Shown: one piece after another, positions 8,265 through 15,446 of the stretch
How positions within the stretch are numbered: the stretch's first letter is position 1
Layout of the letters: every line of letters begins with the position of its first letter
IMG/VR virus record: IMGVR_UViG_3300014773_000001
Strand: one strand, 5' to 3'
Source of the DNA: an uncultured virus (IMG/VR IMGVR_UViG_3300014773_000001)
Lineage: Duplodnaviria; Heunggongvirae; Uroviricota; Caudoviricetes
DNA: 20,000 nt
Notes under the pieces: model-generated
What the model was told of the DNA's origin: nothing
Database searches by the model: none
The model's input: only the letters and a program-made list of their open reading frames with translations
Program-made: the position numbers and the translations under genes

Positions 8265-8618
8265 ATGCCTCGCCTGATGTCGGTCGGCCTCACCGAGCAG
8301 GCCGTGGTCGAGCGCCGCAAGACGGTCACGCGCCGTCTCGGCTGGCTCCACCTCAAGCCCGGTGACCGCCTGACGCTGGTCCGCAAGAGCATGGGCCGCA
8401 AGCCCGGCGAGCCGCTCGTCCGGCTGGCCGAGGTCGAGGTGGTCAGCGTGCGCCGCGAGCCGCTGTGGATCATGGAACAGGACGACGTGGCCCGCGAGGG
8501 AGTCCCCTTCCTCGCCCGGGAGATCACCGCTGCCGAGTGGGTCCGCTGGTACTCGGAGCGCATGGGCATCGAGCGGTCCGACCTGGTCACCCGGATCGAG
8601 TGGCGGTACCTGTCGTGA
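8265..8618 (+). CDS. ASCH-domain protein
   Basis: RRKTVTRRLGW..LKPGDRL...VEVVSVRREPL..M..DDVAREG pattern typical of phage ASCH proteins. Confidence 0.8.
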   Translation: MPRLMSVGLTEQAVVERRKTVTRRLGWLHLKPGDRLTLVRKSMGRKPGEPLVRLAEVEVVSVRREPLWIMEQDDVAREGVPFLAREITAAEWVRWYSERMGIERSDLVTRIEWRYLS

Positions 8619-8734
8619 CCGGCCACGAGGAGCGCTGCGGGCACGTGGCGTGGTGGGTCCACCTCGGCGACCGCCGCTGGTGCCTCCGCTGCATCATCCG
8701 GGGCCGCGAGCTGCGCGGATGGAGGCTGTGGTGA
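8615..8734 (+). CDS. Small Cys-rich hypothetical protein (39 aa)
   Basis: GTGA overlaps at both ends. CGH...WCLRC motif. Confidence 0.5.
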   Translation: MTGHEERCGHVAWWVHLGDRRWCLRCIIRGRELRGWRLW

Positions 8735-9048
8735 GCACTCGCTACCACGTCCTCCGCTCCGAGTACTCCCCGACGATGGGGCTGCGCCAGGTCATCCTCA
8801 CCCGACAGGCGTGCCGCCGGAGCAAGGCGATCGACGTGCTCCTCGACGCGGCCCTCGACACGAACAGGCACATGCGCCGCGGCGGACTGGTCGAGGTCCA
8901 GTGGCTGGGCGTCCACTTCTGTGAGTGGACCGACCCGTGGCCCGTCATCCGCTGCCCCGACCCAACGGGCCATATCTACGCCCTCTGGTGGCACGACGAC
9001 CCCACCGCGAGGCTCACCACGCTGCGCCTCGTGGAGCGGACCCGATGA
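8731..9048 (+). CDS. Hypothetical protein (105 aa)
   Basis: GGAGG at 8721-8725, GTG start, and coupled overlaps on both sides. Confidence 0.6.
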   Translation: MSTRYHVLRSEYSPTMGLRQVILTRQACRRSKAIDVLLDAALDTNRHMRRGGLVEVQWLGVHFCEWTDPWPVIRCPDPTGHIYALWWHDDPTARLTTLRLVERTR

Positions 9049-9575
9049 CGCACCACGAGATCGCCCTTGGCTGCGTGCTCTCTCCGCGGACGCTGCCATG
9101 GAGTCGCGGGGAATGCGTGTGGTGCGCCGGAGCGCTCCCCGGGCGCCGGCTCCGCTGGTGCGGGAAGCCGTGCATCGACGCGTACCAGCTCAACCACGAG
9201 TGGAGCGCGGCCCGCCTTCATGCCGTGATCCGCGCCAGCTTCCGCCCCGCCGAGGGTTGGACCGTCTGGACCTACTGCGACCAGTGCGGGAAGCGCACAT
9301 CGGCTCCCGAGGTCAACCACGTCGACCCCCGTCGCGGCCGCGGCTACGACCCCGGGTGCTGGAACCACCAGACGAACCTGCAGGTCCTCTGCCACGCCTG
9401 CCACGTCGCCGAGACGAACCAGCAGCGCCGCGCGCGCACCGCCAGGGTCGTCGTCGGGACGGAGTCGATCTGGGCGCCCGCGTCGCGGCCCGAGCGACCC
9501 GTGGTGATCCCCGTGCTCTCCGGTGATGCCGCCATGCGCGATCGGCTCGCCTCGCTCCTCGGGGGCCGGCGATGA
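9045..9575 (+). CDS. HNH endonuclease with N-terminal Zn-finger (176 aa)
   Basis: CVWC...WCGKPC, then CDQCG...EVNHVDP...NHQTNLQVLCHACH. Confidence 0.85.
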   Translation: MTHHEIALGCVLSPRTLPWSRGECVWCAGALPGRRLRWCGKPCIDAYQLNHEWSAARLHAVIRASFRPAEGWTVWTYCDQCGKRTSAPEVNHVDPRRGRGYDPGCWNHQTNLQVLCHACHVAETNQQRRARTARVVVGTESIWAPASRPERPVVIPVLSGDAAMRDRLASLLGGRR

Positions 9576-9826
9576 GTCGGCTCGTGATGGACTGGGAGCT
9601 CGACTACGGGGATCCACCCACCGAGGGCGACATCCTCCAGGTGCTCCGCCGCCGCGACCTGCAGCCGAACGGGACGCTGTACCTGGTCACGCACTGGCGC
9701 GTCGTCGTCCAGCGCGACCCGCTCCCGGGCGTGATCCGTCTCGCCCTCATCGTCGAGCGCTGCGATGGCACCGACCTCGACCAGCCGGGCCTGCGGGTGC
9801 TGCAGATGACGTGGAGCCCGCGATGA
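9572..9826 (+). CDS. Hypothetical protein (84 aa)
   Basis: ATGA overlaps at both ends. GC-rich third codon positions. Confidence 0.65.
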   Translation: MSRLVMDWELDYGDPPTEGDILQVLRRRDLQPNGTLYLVTHWRVVVQRDPLPGVIRLALIVERCDGTDLDQPGLRVLQMTWSPR

Positions 9827-11109
9827 CCCCGGTGAGCGCGGCCGTGGCGGAGCGGATCACCGAGCTCCGCGCCGGGGGAGCCAGCATCGCCGGCATCGCG
9901 TCGAGCGTGCGCCGGTCCGAGGCGACGGTGAAGCGCGTCCTCGCCGGTGGCGCCACCGAGGACTGGGCGCCGGCGTGCATGGAGGCCGACGAGTGGACGA
10001 GCTGGCAGGCTCTGAACCGCCGGCCATCCTCGGCCTCCGAGTTCCACCGACCCTGCCAGGACTGCCCGCTCGGGTTCGCCCTCGAGCAGCGTGGCCTCGG
10101 CCGCTGCAACGGCGTCCCCATGGGAGCCGAGGTCGATGACGACCCCGAGGTGGACGCCAGGTTCGTCGAGCGCGAGGTCCTGCCGCCGCCGAAGGTGCTC
10201 CAGCTCCTCGTCGATGCCGTGCGCGTCGAGGACCGTCGTCCGGGGCCGCCGCCGGGCGCGTCACCCCTCTCCACCCTGGTCGTCCCGGATGTCGTGGCCG
10301 ACCCGTTGCCCCAGCCGGACCCACCCGGCACCCCCGTCGATGCCTTCGCCGTCGTCGACCACGCCCGCACCGTGGGCTTCGCCCGCGCAGTCCCCCCAGC
10401 ACCGGAGGAAGGACCCATGCCGCTCACCATCAAGGACCCCAGCGAGGGTCGAGCCCTGGCGGCCCGTCTCGTCGGGGAGATCGCCGGCCGAGCCACGACC
10501 GGGCCGAAGCCGCGGGTGCACGCCTGCTCCGAGTGCGGCGAACCCTTCACCCCCCGCGACTCCGGACGCCCTCAGGTCACCTGCTCCCCCGAGTGCCAGA
10601 AGCGGCGGGAGAAGCGTCGCGAGCGGGAGCAGCGGAGGTCGAAGGGCGCGCCGCGCTCGGTCGTCGCCGAAGCACCGAGCAGACCGAAGCCGACGCAGGA
10701 GCCCATCGAGACCTTGGGGACCGAGGCCTGGGACGCGCTCGCCGACGAGATGGCGGACCCGGGTGTCGCACTGCCGGGAGAGCCCTCGCTGGACGAGATC
10801 CGGGCCAACTACGAGCGACGCGTCATCACCCGGGAGGCAGCCGAGGAGCTGTTCTCGGTACCGAGCCTCCAGGCCGAGGTCGCTGGGGCCGTCTTCGGTG
10901 CCGCCGCCGCTGCCGACAGGGAGGAGCTCGGAGCAGCGTTCCGGCGGCGCGCCCATGAGGCCGACGACATCCGCGCCTTCCTCATGCGCGACCTCATCGC
11001 GGCAGCCGAGGCCGACCTCCGCACGGCCAACGAGCGTGCCGAGCACGCCCATGCCACGCTGGCCTGGCTCAAGCAGCGGGCCACGGAGTCCGGGGAGGTC
11101 TGGTCATGA
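9823..11109 (+). CDS. Multidomain protein: N-terminal HTH, 4-Cys cluster, Pro-rich linker, Zn-ribbon and coiled coil (428 aa)
   Basis: GASIAGIASSVRRSEATVKRVL HTH-like segment. C...CQDCP...C and CSECGEPF...TCSPEC motifs. ATGA overlaps at both ends. Confidence 0.65.
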   Translation: MTPVSAAVAERITELRAGGASIAGIASSVRRSEATVKRVLAGGATEDWAPACMEADEWTSWQALNRRPSSASEFHRPCQDCPLGFALEQRGLGRCNGVPMGAEVDDDPEVDARFVEREVLPPPKVLQLLVDAVRVEDRRPGPPPGASPLSTLVVPDVVADPLPQPDPPGTPVDAFAVVDHARTVGFARAVPPAPEEGPMPLTIKDPSEGRALAARLVGEIAGRATTGPKPRVHACSECGEPFTPRDSGRPQVTCSPECQKRREKRREREQRRSKGAPRSVVAEAPSRPKPTQEPIETLGTEAWDALADEMADPGVALPGEPSLDEIRANYERRVITREAAEELFSVPSLQAEVAGAVFGAAAAADREELGAAFRRRAHEADDIRAFLMRDLIAAAEADLRTANERAEHAHATLAWLKQRATESGEVWS

Positions 11110-11522
11110 TCGAGGCTCGACCGCGCCCGACCCCGCTGGGCCCACCCAAAGTGGTCACCGACCTCGCCTGCCCCGACGACTGCCCGCTCTGCGAGGCCCT
11201 GTACGACCTCGTCGCCTCGGCCGTGGAGAACCGTGCCAAGCGCGGCGTCGACATCGAGACCGGTCGCGCTACCCTGACCGTCATCGAGGGAACCGGCATC
11301 GAGGGAGGTCAGGGCGGTGGAGATCAAGGCGGTGCACATCCGACGACTGGGCGTCTGCTACGTGGAGGAGATGGAGGTCCCATCCGGCCCCGGCGCCGCT
11401 TGGTTGCCGCTGCCGATGGGGACGGACCCAGCGACGCTGGCGATGCCGGAGTCGTGGCACTTCCCGGGGGACTGCCCGGATCCGAGCAAGGCCGTCGTGG
11501 CCGGCGAGGAGGGACGCGGTGA
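11106..11522 (+). CDS. Hypothetical protein (CPDDCPLC motif); 3' half overlaps the next gene
   Basis: ATGA-coupled start. Coding-like codon bias holds only to about 11315. Confidence 0.5.
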   Translation: MIEARPRPTPLGPPKVVTDLACPDDCPLCEALYDLVASAVENRAKRGVDIETGRATLTVIEGTGIEGGQGGGDQGGAHPTTGRLLRGGDGGPIRPRRRLVAAADGDGPSDAGDAGVVALPGGLPGSEQGRRGRRGGTR

Positions 11523-11526
11523 CTGA
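11317..11526 (+). CDS. Hypothetical protein (69 aa)
   Basis: GGAGG at 11304-11308 is 8 nt before GTG. Strongly G/C-ending codons. Confidence 0.6.
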   Translation: MEIKAVHIRRLGVCYVEEMEVPSGPGAAWLPLPMGTDPATLAMPESWHFPGDCPDPSKAVVAGEEGRGD

Positions 11527-11556
11527 GCGCCACCCTGCTCGGGAGCGACCGGTCCG

Positions 11557-11820
11557 ATGACCAGCGACGAGCGATGGACTCGCTGGGTACGCGCCGGCCT
11601 TCGTGAGCGACGGATCCCGGCTGAGGCGAGCCTGACGATCAGGATCGAACCATCCAGGACCTGGCTCATCGACGAACTCAGCCTGACCCTCGCCTGGAAC
11701 GACCGTCGTGGTGTCCCCCGCCGGCTGACGATCACGGAGCCCTACGGGGTGCTCCGGGGAGGCTGGCATGGGTGGGTCGCCTACCGCGCCGGAGCCCGGA
11801 TGCTCAGGGCACTGGGATGA
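11557..11820 (+). CDS. Hypothetical protein (87 aa)
   Basis: Fills the gap between neighbours and has an ATGA overlap with the next gene. Confidence 0.55.
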   Translation: MTSDERWTRWVRAGLRERRIPAEASLTIRIEPSRTWLIDELSLTLAWNDRRGVPRRLTITEPYGVLRGGWHGWVAYRAGARMLRALG

Positions 11821-12113
11821 GCGATCCCCGGTTCGCCGCATGGCTGGCACTCCAGGATGCCCGATCGGTGCTGGCCAGCGCCCTGACGGGGCTTCTCGTC
11901 CTCCGTGCCATCGCAACGCTCACTCCGCTCGCCGGCCGTGGGCTCCCCCAGCCGCCCGCCAGCGGGATCCACCGCGGCGCGTTCGATGAGATCGCCCACC
12001 TCGACAGCACCGGGGTGTACCGGGAGACGCGGTGGTCCGTCCGGGGCCGGATGCATCTGCGCTGCGAGGCGAGTGGATGGCCCGGAGGGCACGTCGACGG
12101 AGGTGGGAGATGA
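11817..12113 (+). CDS. Hypothetical protein (98 aa)
   Basis: ATGA overlaps at both ends. Confidence 0.5.
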   Translation: MSDPRFAAWLALQDARSVLASALTGLLVLRAIATLTPLAGRGLPQPPASGIHRGAFDEIAHLDSTGVYRETRWSVRGRMHLRCEASGWPGGHVDGGGR

Positions 12114-13684
12114 GACGCCTCCCGCGCTCTACCCGCGACCTGCACGGGCTCCGCGCCCGCCGCTACATCCGCGTCAGCTCCGAGGAGCAGGGGTGGAAGT
12201 ACGGCCCCGAGGGTCAGCACCTCACCGTCGACGAGGTCGTCGCCCGCCATGGATTGGTCGAGGTGGGCGAGCCCTTCGTGGATGAGCAGTCGGCATGGCA
12301 GGACAGCGAGTCCCGGCCGGAGCTGCAGCGCCTCGTCAGGGAAGCCCGGGACGGTGGCTTCGACGTCCTCGTCGTGCCCTACTTCAGCCGCTGGAGCCGC
12401 GATGCCGAGGTCGCCCTCCGCCTGCGCCGCGCCCTCCATGCCGACGGCGTGGCCATCCTCTTCGCCGACGAGGACTTCGTCTCGTCCGACGAGACCGCGC
12501 TGGAGCGCTACCTCGACGAGGCCGTGGCCTCCGAGAAGTTCAGCCTCCGTCTCTCCCGGACGATCCGCAAGACCATGGCGGCCAAGTTCGAGCGCTTCGG
12601 CGACCAAGGCGGGAGCCCCGGCCTCGGCTTCATCCGCACACCGCAGCCGGAGGCACGCCTCGCCATCGACCCCGAGACGATGCCCAGGGTGGTCGCGATC
12701 TACGAGCGCTACGCCCAGGGTGACGTCTCGTATGGCGACGTCGCCCGCATCTTCGGGATGGAGGTCGGTGGGGTCCGGGCGATCCTGTGCAACCGCCTCT
12801 ACAACGGCTGGGCCGTGCGGCATCGGAGGCGGGAGGACGAGGTGCGCGTACCGGCACCATGGCGGACCCACCCTCCGGTGAGCGACGAGCTGTGGCAGCG
12901 CGTGGCCGACATCCGCGCCCGTCGCAACACCAGCTCGGGTCGGCAGCCCGCGAAGCGCGACCACCTGCTGGCCAAGCGGCTGTGGTGCACCTGCGGTCGG
13001 GCCGTTCGCGCGGCGACCCACCAGGGACGGAACGGGCGGGAGCAGCGCCGGTATCGCCACGATGACTGCGACCGCTGGACCCAGCGGACCCGGCTGGCAT
13101 CGACGTTCGACGATGCCATCTCGGCCCAGCTGTCAGGGATCCGGGCTGACCGGGCGAGCATCACGAGGATCTCCGCCCGGGGTGGCAGCACTGCCCCGGT
13201 GGACACCGAGCTGCGGCGACGGGCGCTCGAGCGGGAGTTGGCGCGGAAGGCGACCGAGCATGCGGCGCGACGGATCACCACCGAGGCCTACCTGGCCGAG
13301 CACGCGCGCATCTCCGCCGAGATCGATGGGCTGGCAGCGGAGCCGCCGGTGCGGTCGATGGCCGACCCGGACGCGATGGCTGCGGAGCTGCTGGCCATCC
13401 GGGATGCGTGGCTCGACGCTGACGAGGCGCAGCGGGCCCGGCTGGTGACCAGGGTGTACGAGCGGATCGTCGTCGAGGACGACCGCTTCGTCCAGGTGGA
13501 GCTGACCGAGCACGCGATCCGCCACGGCCTATTGTGGGCACTCCCGGAGGAGGTCGAGTTGTCAATGGCGCGCCCGGCGAGAGGCGGGCACGCGCTAGCC
13601 ACACCGATCCGACGCACCGTGCGGATGCCCCTCGCGGGCAGGAAGGAATGGCTCCGGGCCACACGCGCTGAGCGATCGGCATGA
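12110..13684 (+). CDS. int: Large serine recombinase (integrase), 524 aa
   Basis: GGAGG ribosome-binding site. Catalytic YIRVSSEEQ, RPELQRL...FDVLVV..FSRWSRD, recombinase domain (ILCNRLYNG, HPPVSDELW), Zn-ribbon CTCG...HDDC and a coiled coil. Confidence 0.93.
   Translation: MRRLPRSTRDLHGLRARRYIRVSSEEQGWKYGPEGQHLTVDEVVARHGLVEVGEPFVDEQSAWQDSESRPELQRLVREARDGGFDVLVVPYFSRWSRDAEVALRLRRALHADGVAILFADEDFVSSDETALERYLDEAVASEKFSLRLSRTIRKTMAAKFERFGDQGGSPGLGFIRTPQPEARLAIDPETMPRVVAIYERYAQGDVSYGDVARIFGMEVGGVRAILCNRLYNGWAVRHRRREDEVRVPAPWRTHPPVSDELWQRVADIRARRNTSSGRQPAKRDHLLAKRLWCTCGRAVRAATHQGRNGREQRRYRHDDCDRWTQRTRLASTFDDAISAQLSGIRADRASITRISARGGSTAPVDTELRRRALERELARKATEHAARRITTEAYLAEHARISAEIDGLAAEPPVRSMADPDAMAAELLAIRDAWLDADEAQRARLVTRVYERIVVEDDRFVQVELTEHAIRHGLLWALPEEVELSMARPARGGHALATPIRRTVRMPLAGRKEWLRATRAERSA
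13566..13582 (-). other. Putative attP core: tRNA-Arg-like 3' end fragment inside int
   Basis: Minus strand TCTCGCCGGGCGCGCCA parses as T60, T-stem 3' strand CTCGC, acceptor 3' strand CGGGCGC, discriminator G and CCA. The T-loop and the rest of the tRNA are absent. Confidence 0.62.
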
Positions 13685-14181
13685 GCCGCCGGGGACGCCG
13701 CTTCGCCGACGCTCCGACCTCGGCGGAGCGAGCTGCGCTGATGGCGGTCTGCCAGCCCGGCGTGAACGAGGCGCTCGCGGCGCGCCACCTCGGCATCACC
13801 GAGGCCGCCCTGCGGTCGCGCCTCCGCAGCCTGTACGGCCGACTTGGGGTCAACAGCGCGGCGCAGGCCTTCCACGCGATCGACCCTCTCCGCGATCACT
13901 TCGACCGCTTCCTGGCCGAGTACATCGCGCACCGGAATGACCCGCACCCGACCTCGCTGTACCGCTACTTCGACGAGCGGGGACGCCTCATGTACGTCGG
14001 GATCACCTCTGGAGGCGGGCGACGAGCTGACCAGCACCAGGCGTCAGCGCCGTGGTGGACAGAGGTGCGCACGGCCACGATCGAGCACTACCCCGACCGA
14101 CGGTCCGCCCTGACAGCAGAGTCCATCGCCATCACCGCGGAAGCCCCGATACACAACCGGGCAGGGGCGCCGAAGCGATGA
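13681..14181 (+). CDS. LuxR-type HTH fused to GIY-YIG nuclease-like domain (166 aa)
   Basis: ARHLGITEAALRSRLRSLYGRLGVNS (LuxR C-terminal HTH). LYRYFD..GRLMYVGIT....R..QH...WW...AE..AI..EAPIHN (GIY-YIG). Confidence 0.82.
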   Translation: MSRRGRRFADAPTSAERAALMAVCQPGVNEALAARHLGITEAALRSRLRSLYGRLGVNSAAQAFHAIDPLRDHFDRFLAEYIAHRNDPHPTSLYRYFDERGRLMYVGITSGGGRRADQHQASAPWWTEVRTATIEHYPDRRSALTAESIAITAEAPIHNRAGAPKR

Positions 14182-14441
14182 GCGACCGGCGTCCCACCGC
14201 CCGGGAGCTCCAGGTGCTCGAGCTGCTGGAGCTCCCCTATGCGTCCGCGACCTCTGTCGCCGATGCCCTCGGGATCAGCCCGAGGACCGTCAACGCCCAC
14301 CTCGCCAGCCTGTACGGGAAGCTCGGAGTGAGCAGCGCATTGCAGGCCCGAGCGGCCCTCGACCGGGCAGAAATCAGAGGGCGCCGGCGGGATCGTCAGA
14401 AATACCTAGATCCGCGCTCGACCGTTGCGGGAAATACCTAG
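14178..14441 (+). CDS. Stand-alone LuxR-type HTH regulator (87 aa)
   Basis: PTARELQVLELL...VADALGISPRTVNAHLASLYGKLGVSS. ATGA-coupled start. Confidence 0.88.
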   Translation: MSDRRPTARELQVLELLELPYASATSVADALGISPRTVNAHLASLYGKLGVSSALQARAALDRAEIRGRRRDRQKYLDPRSTVAGNT

Positions 14442-14442
14442 A
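14399..14442 (+). repeat. 12-bp direct repeat GAAATACCTAGA x2, 32-bp period
   Basis: Exact copies at 14399-14410 and 14431-14442, AT-rich in a GC-rich context. Confidence 0.85.
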
Positions 14443-14465
14443 CCGATTCCGGCCCTATCGCCCCA

Positions 14466-14494
14466 CGGGACGCTCGCGGGTGGCTACCGTCCCG
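14466..14494 (+). promoter_or_regulatory. Candidate late promoter -10 (TACCGT) within a 7-bp inverted repeat
   Basis: TANNNT at 14485-14490, 21 nt before the tRNA. Inverted repeat CGGGACG (14466-14472) / CGTCCCG (14488-14494). Confidence 0.4.
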
Positions 14495-14511
14495 CCCCGT
14501 GATCGATCCAC

Positions 14512-14586
14512 AGCGGGCTAGCTCAGCGGCGGAGCGCCGGGTTCATACCCCGGAGGCCACGGGTTCGAGTCCCGTGCCCGCAACCA
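14512..14586 (+). tRNA. tRNA-Met(CAT), initiator-like
   Basis: Full cloverleaf: acceptor AGCGGGC/GCCCGCA, D-stem GCTC/GAGC, anticodon stem CCGGG/CCCGG with loop TT-CAT-AC, T-arm ACGGG-TTCGAGT-CCCGT, discriminator A and encoded CCA. Confidence 0.95.
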
Positions 14587-14615
14587 CGCTCGACGCCCTG
14601 ATCCCGTGACGCCCG

Positions 14616-14903
14616 ATGGATCTCTCCTGGGCCAAAGCGCTCATCGATGCGGGCGGATGGGTGTTCGCTGCGGCCGTGATCGGCACCGTGCTGGGGCTGG
14701 TCATCCGCGGCGATCTGGTCCCGGGGAAGGTGGCCGAGGCGCAGGGGAAGCGGCTCGACGCGCTCGAGCGCTCGCTCCGCGACGACGTGGTCCCGGTGCT
14801 CCGCGAGGTCGGCAAGGGGACGACACAGGCCGGCGTGGTGCTCGACTTCCTGAGCGATTTCGTGCGGGAGGTCGCGCGTGACCGCCGGGGCGAGGGCCAG
14901 TGA
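14616..14903 (+). CDS. Single-pass membrane protein with coiled coil (lysis-cassette associated)
   Basis: Hydrophobic GGWVFAAAVIGTVLGLVI followed by RGDLVP and a charged helical tail. Confidence 0.7.
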   Translation: MDLSWAKALIDAGGWVFAAAVIGTVLGLVIRGDLVPGKVAEAQGKRLDALERSLRDDVVPVLREVGKGTTQAGVVLDFLSDFVREVARDRRGEGQ

Positions 14904-14904
14904 G

Positions 14905-15120
14905 ATGGGCGTCCTCGCCCGCCTCCGTCAGCGGATCAGCGACCGCCTCGGCATCACCGCCGCTGAGAGCGCCGTCGAGCGGACGATGGAGGTGACCGCC
15001 GAGGTCCACCGGGCCGCGACCGAGACCGTCCGAAGCATCCGCGCCGGTCGCCTCCGCATGGGTCGCAAGGACTGGCCACGCCAGTACGCCGACCGCCTGC
15101 GCGACCGGGTGGAACCGTGA
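14905..15120 (+). CDS. Hypothetical protein (71 aa)
   Basis: ATG 1 nt after the previous stop. GTGA overlap with the next gene. Confidence 0.6.
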   Translation: MGVLARLRQRISDRLGITAAESAVERTMEVTAEVHRAATETVRSIRAGRLRMGRKDWPRQYADRLRDRVEP

Positions 15121-15446
15121 CGGTCGAGCTCGTGAACGCATGGACCGGACCCATCGTGGTCGGACTCATCCTCGCCCTGTTCGCCGCCATGGCCGGCCGT
15201 GTGCTGCGGCACGTCCTCAAGGGCCGGAGGGTGCCGCTGCTGCTGAAGCGGGACGTCCTGCTGTTCGCCGCGTTCGCCCTCCTCGTCCTCGGCAGCCAGT
15301 ACTCGCGTGCCACCGGGGTCCGCCTCGCGGGCGAACTCTGGTGGGTGCTGCTGACCAATGCCCTGGGCATCGTCGCCCTCGGGGTCTGGCTGCTCATCGA
15401 GATCGGCGTCATCGGCCACGGCAAGGGGGAGGACCGCTGGACATGA
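15117..15446 (+). CDS. Three-TM membrane protein, holin-like (109 aa)
   Basis: Three hydrophobic segments. Directly upstream of and coupled to the putative endolysin. Confidence 0.65.
   Translation: MTVELVNAWTGPIVVGLILALFAAMAGRVLRHVLKGRRVPLLLKRDVLLFAAFALLVLGSQYSRATGVRLAGELWWVLLTNALGIVALGVWLLIEIGVIGHGKGEDRWT

Noticed and set aside
10091..11560. 489-aa + strand ORF
   Set aside because: Ser/Arg/Pro-rich alternative frame overlapping better-supported coupled genes. Only its last 13 codons are considered as a possible minigene.
14512..14586. tRNA-Met as a host integration site or prophage boundary
   Set aside because: Phage genes continue on both sides and no duplicate of its 3' end is seen in the window. 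The fragment inside int has a different acceptor stem.
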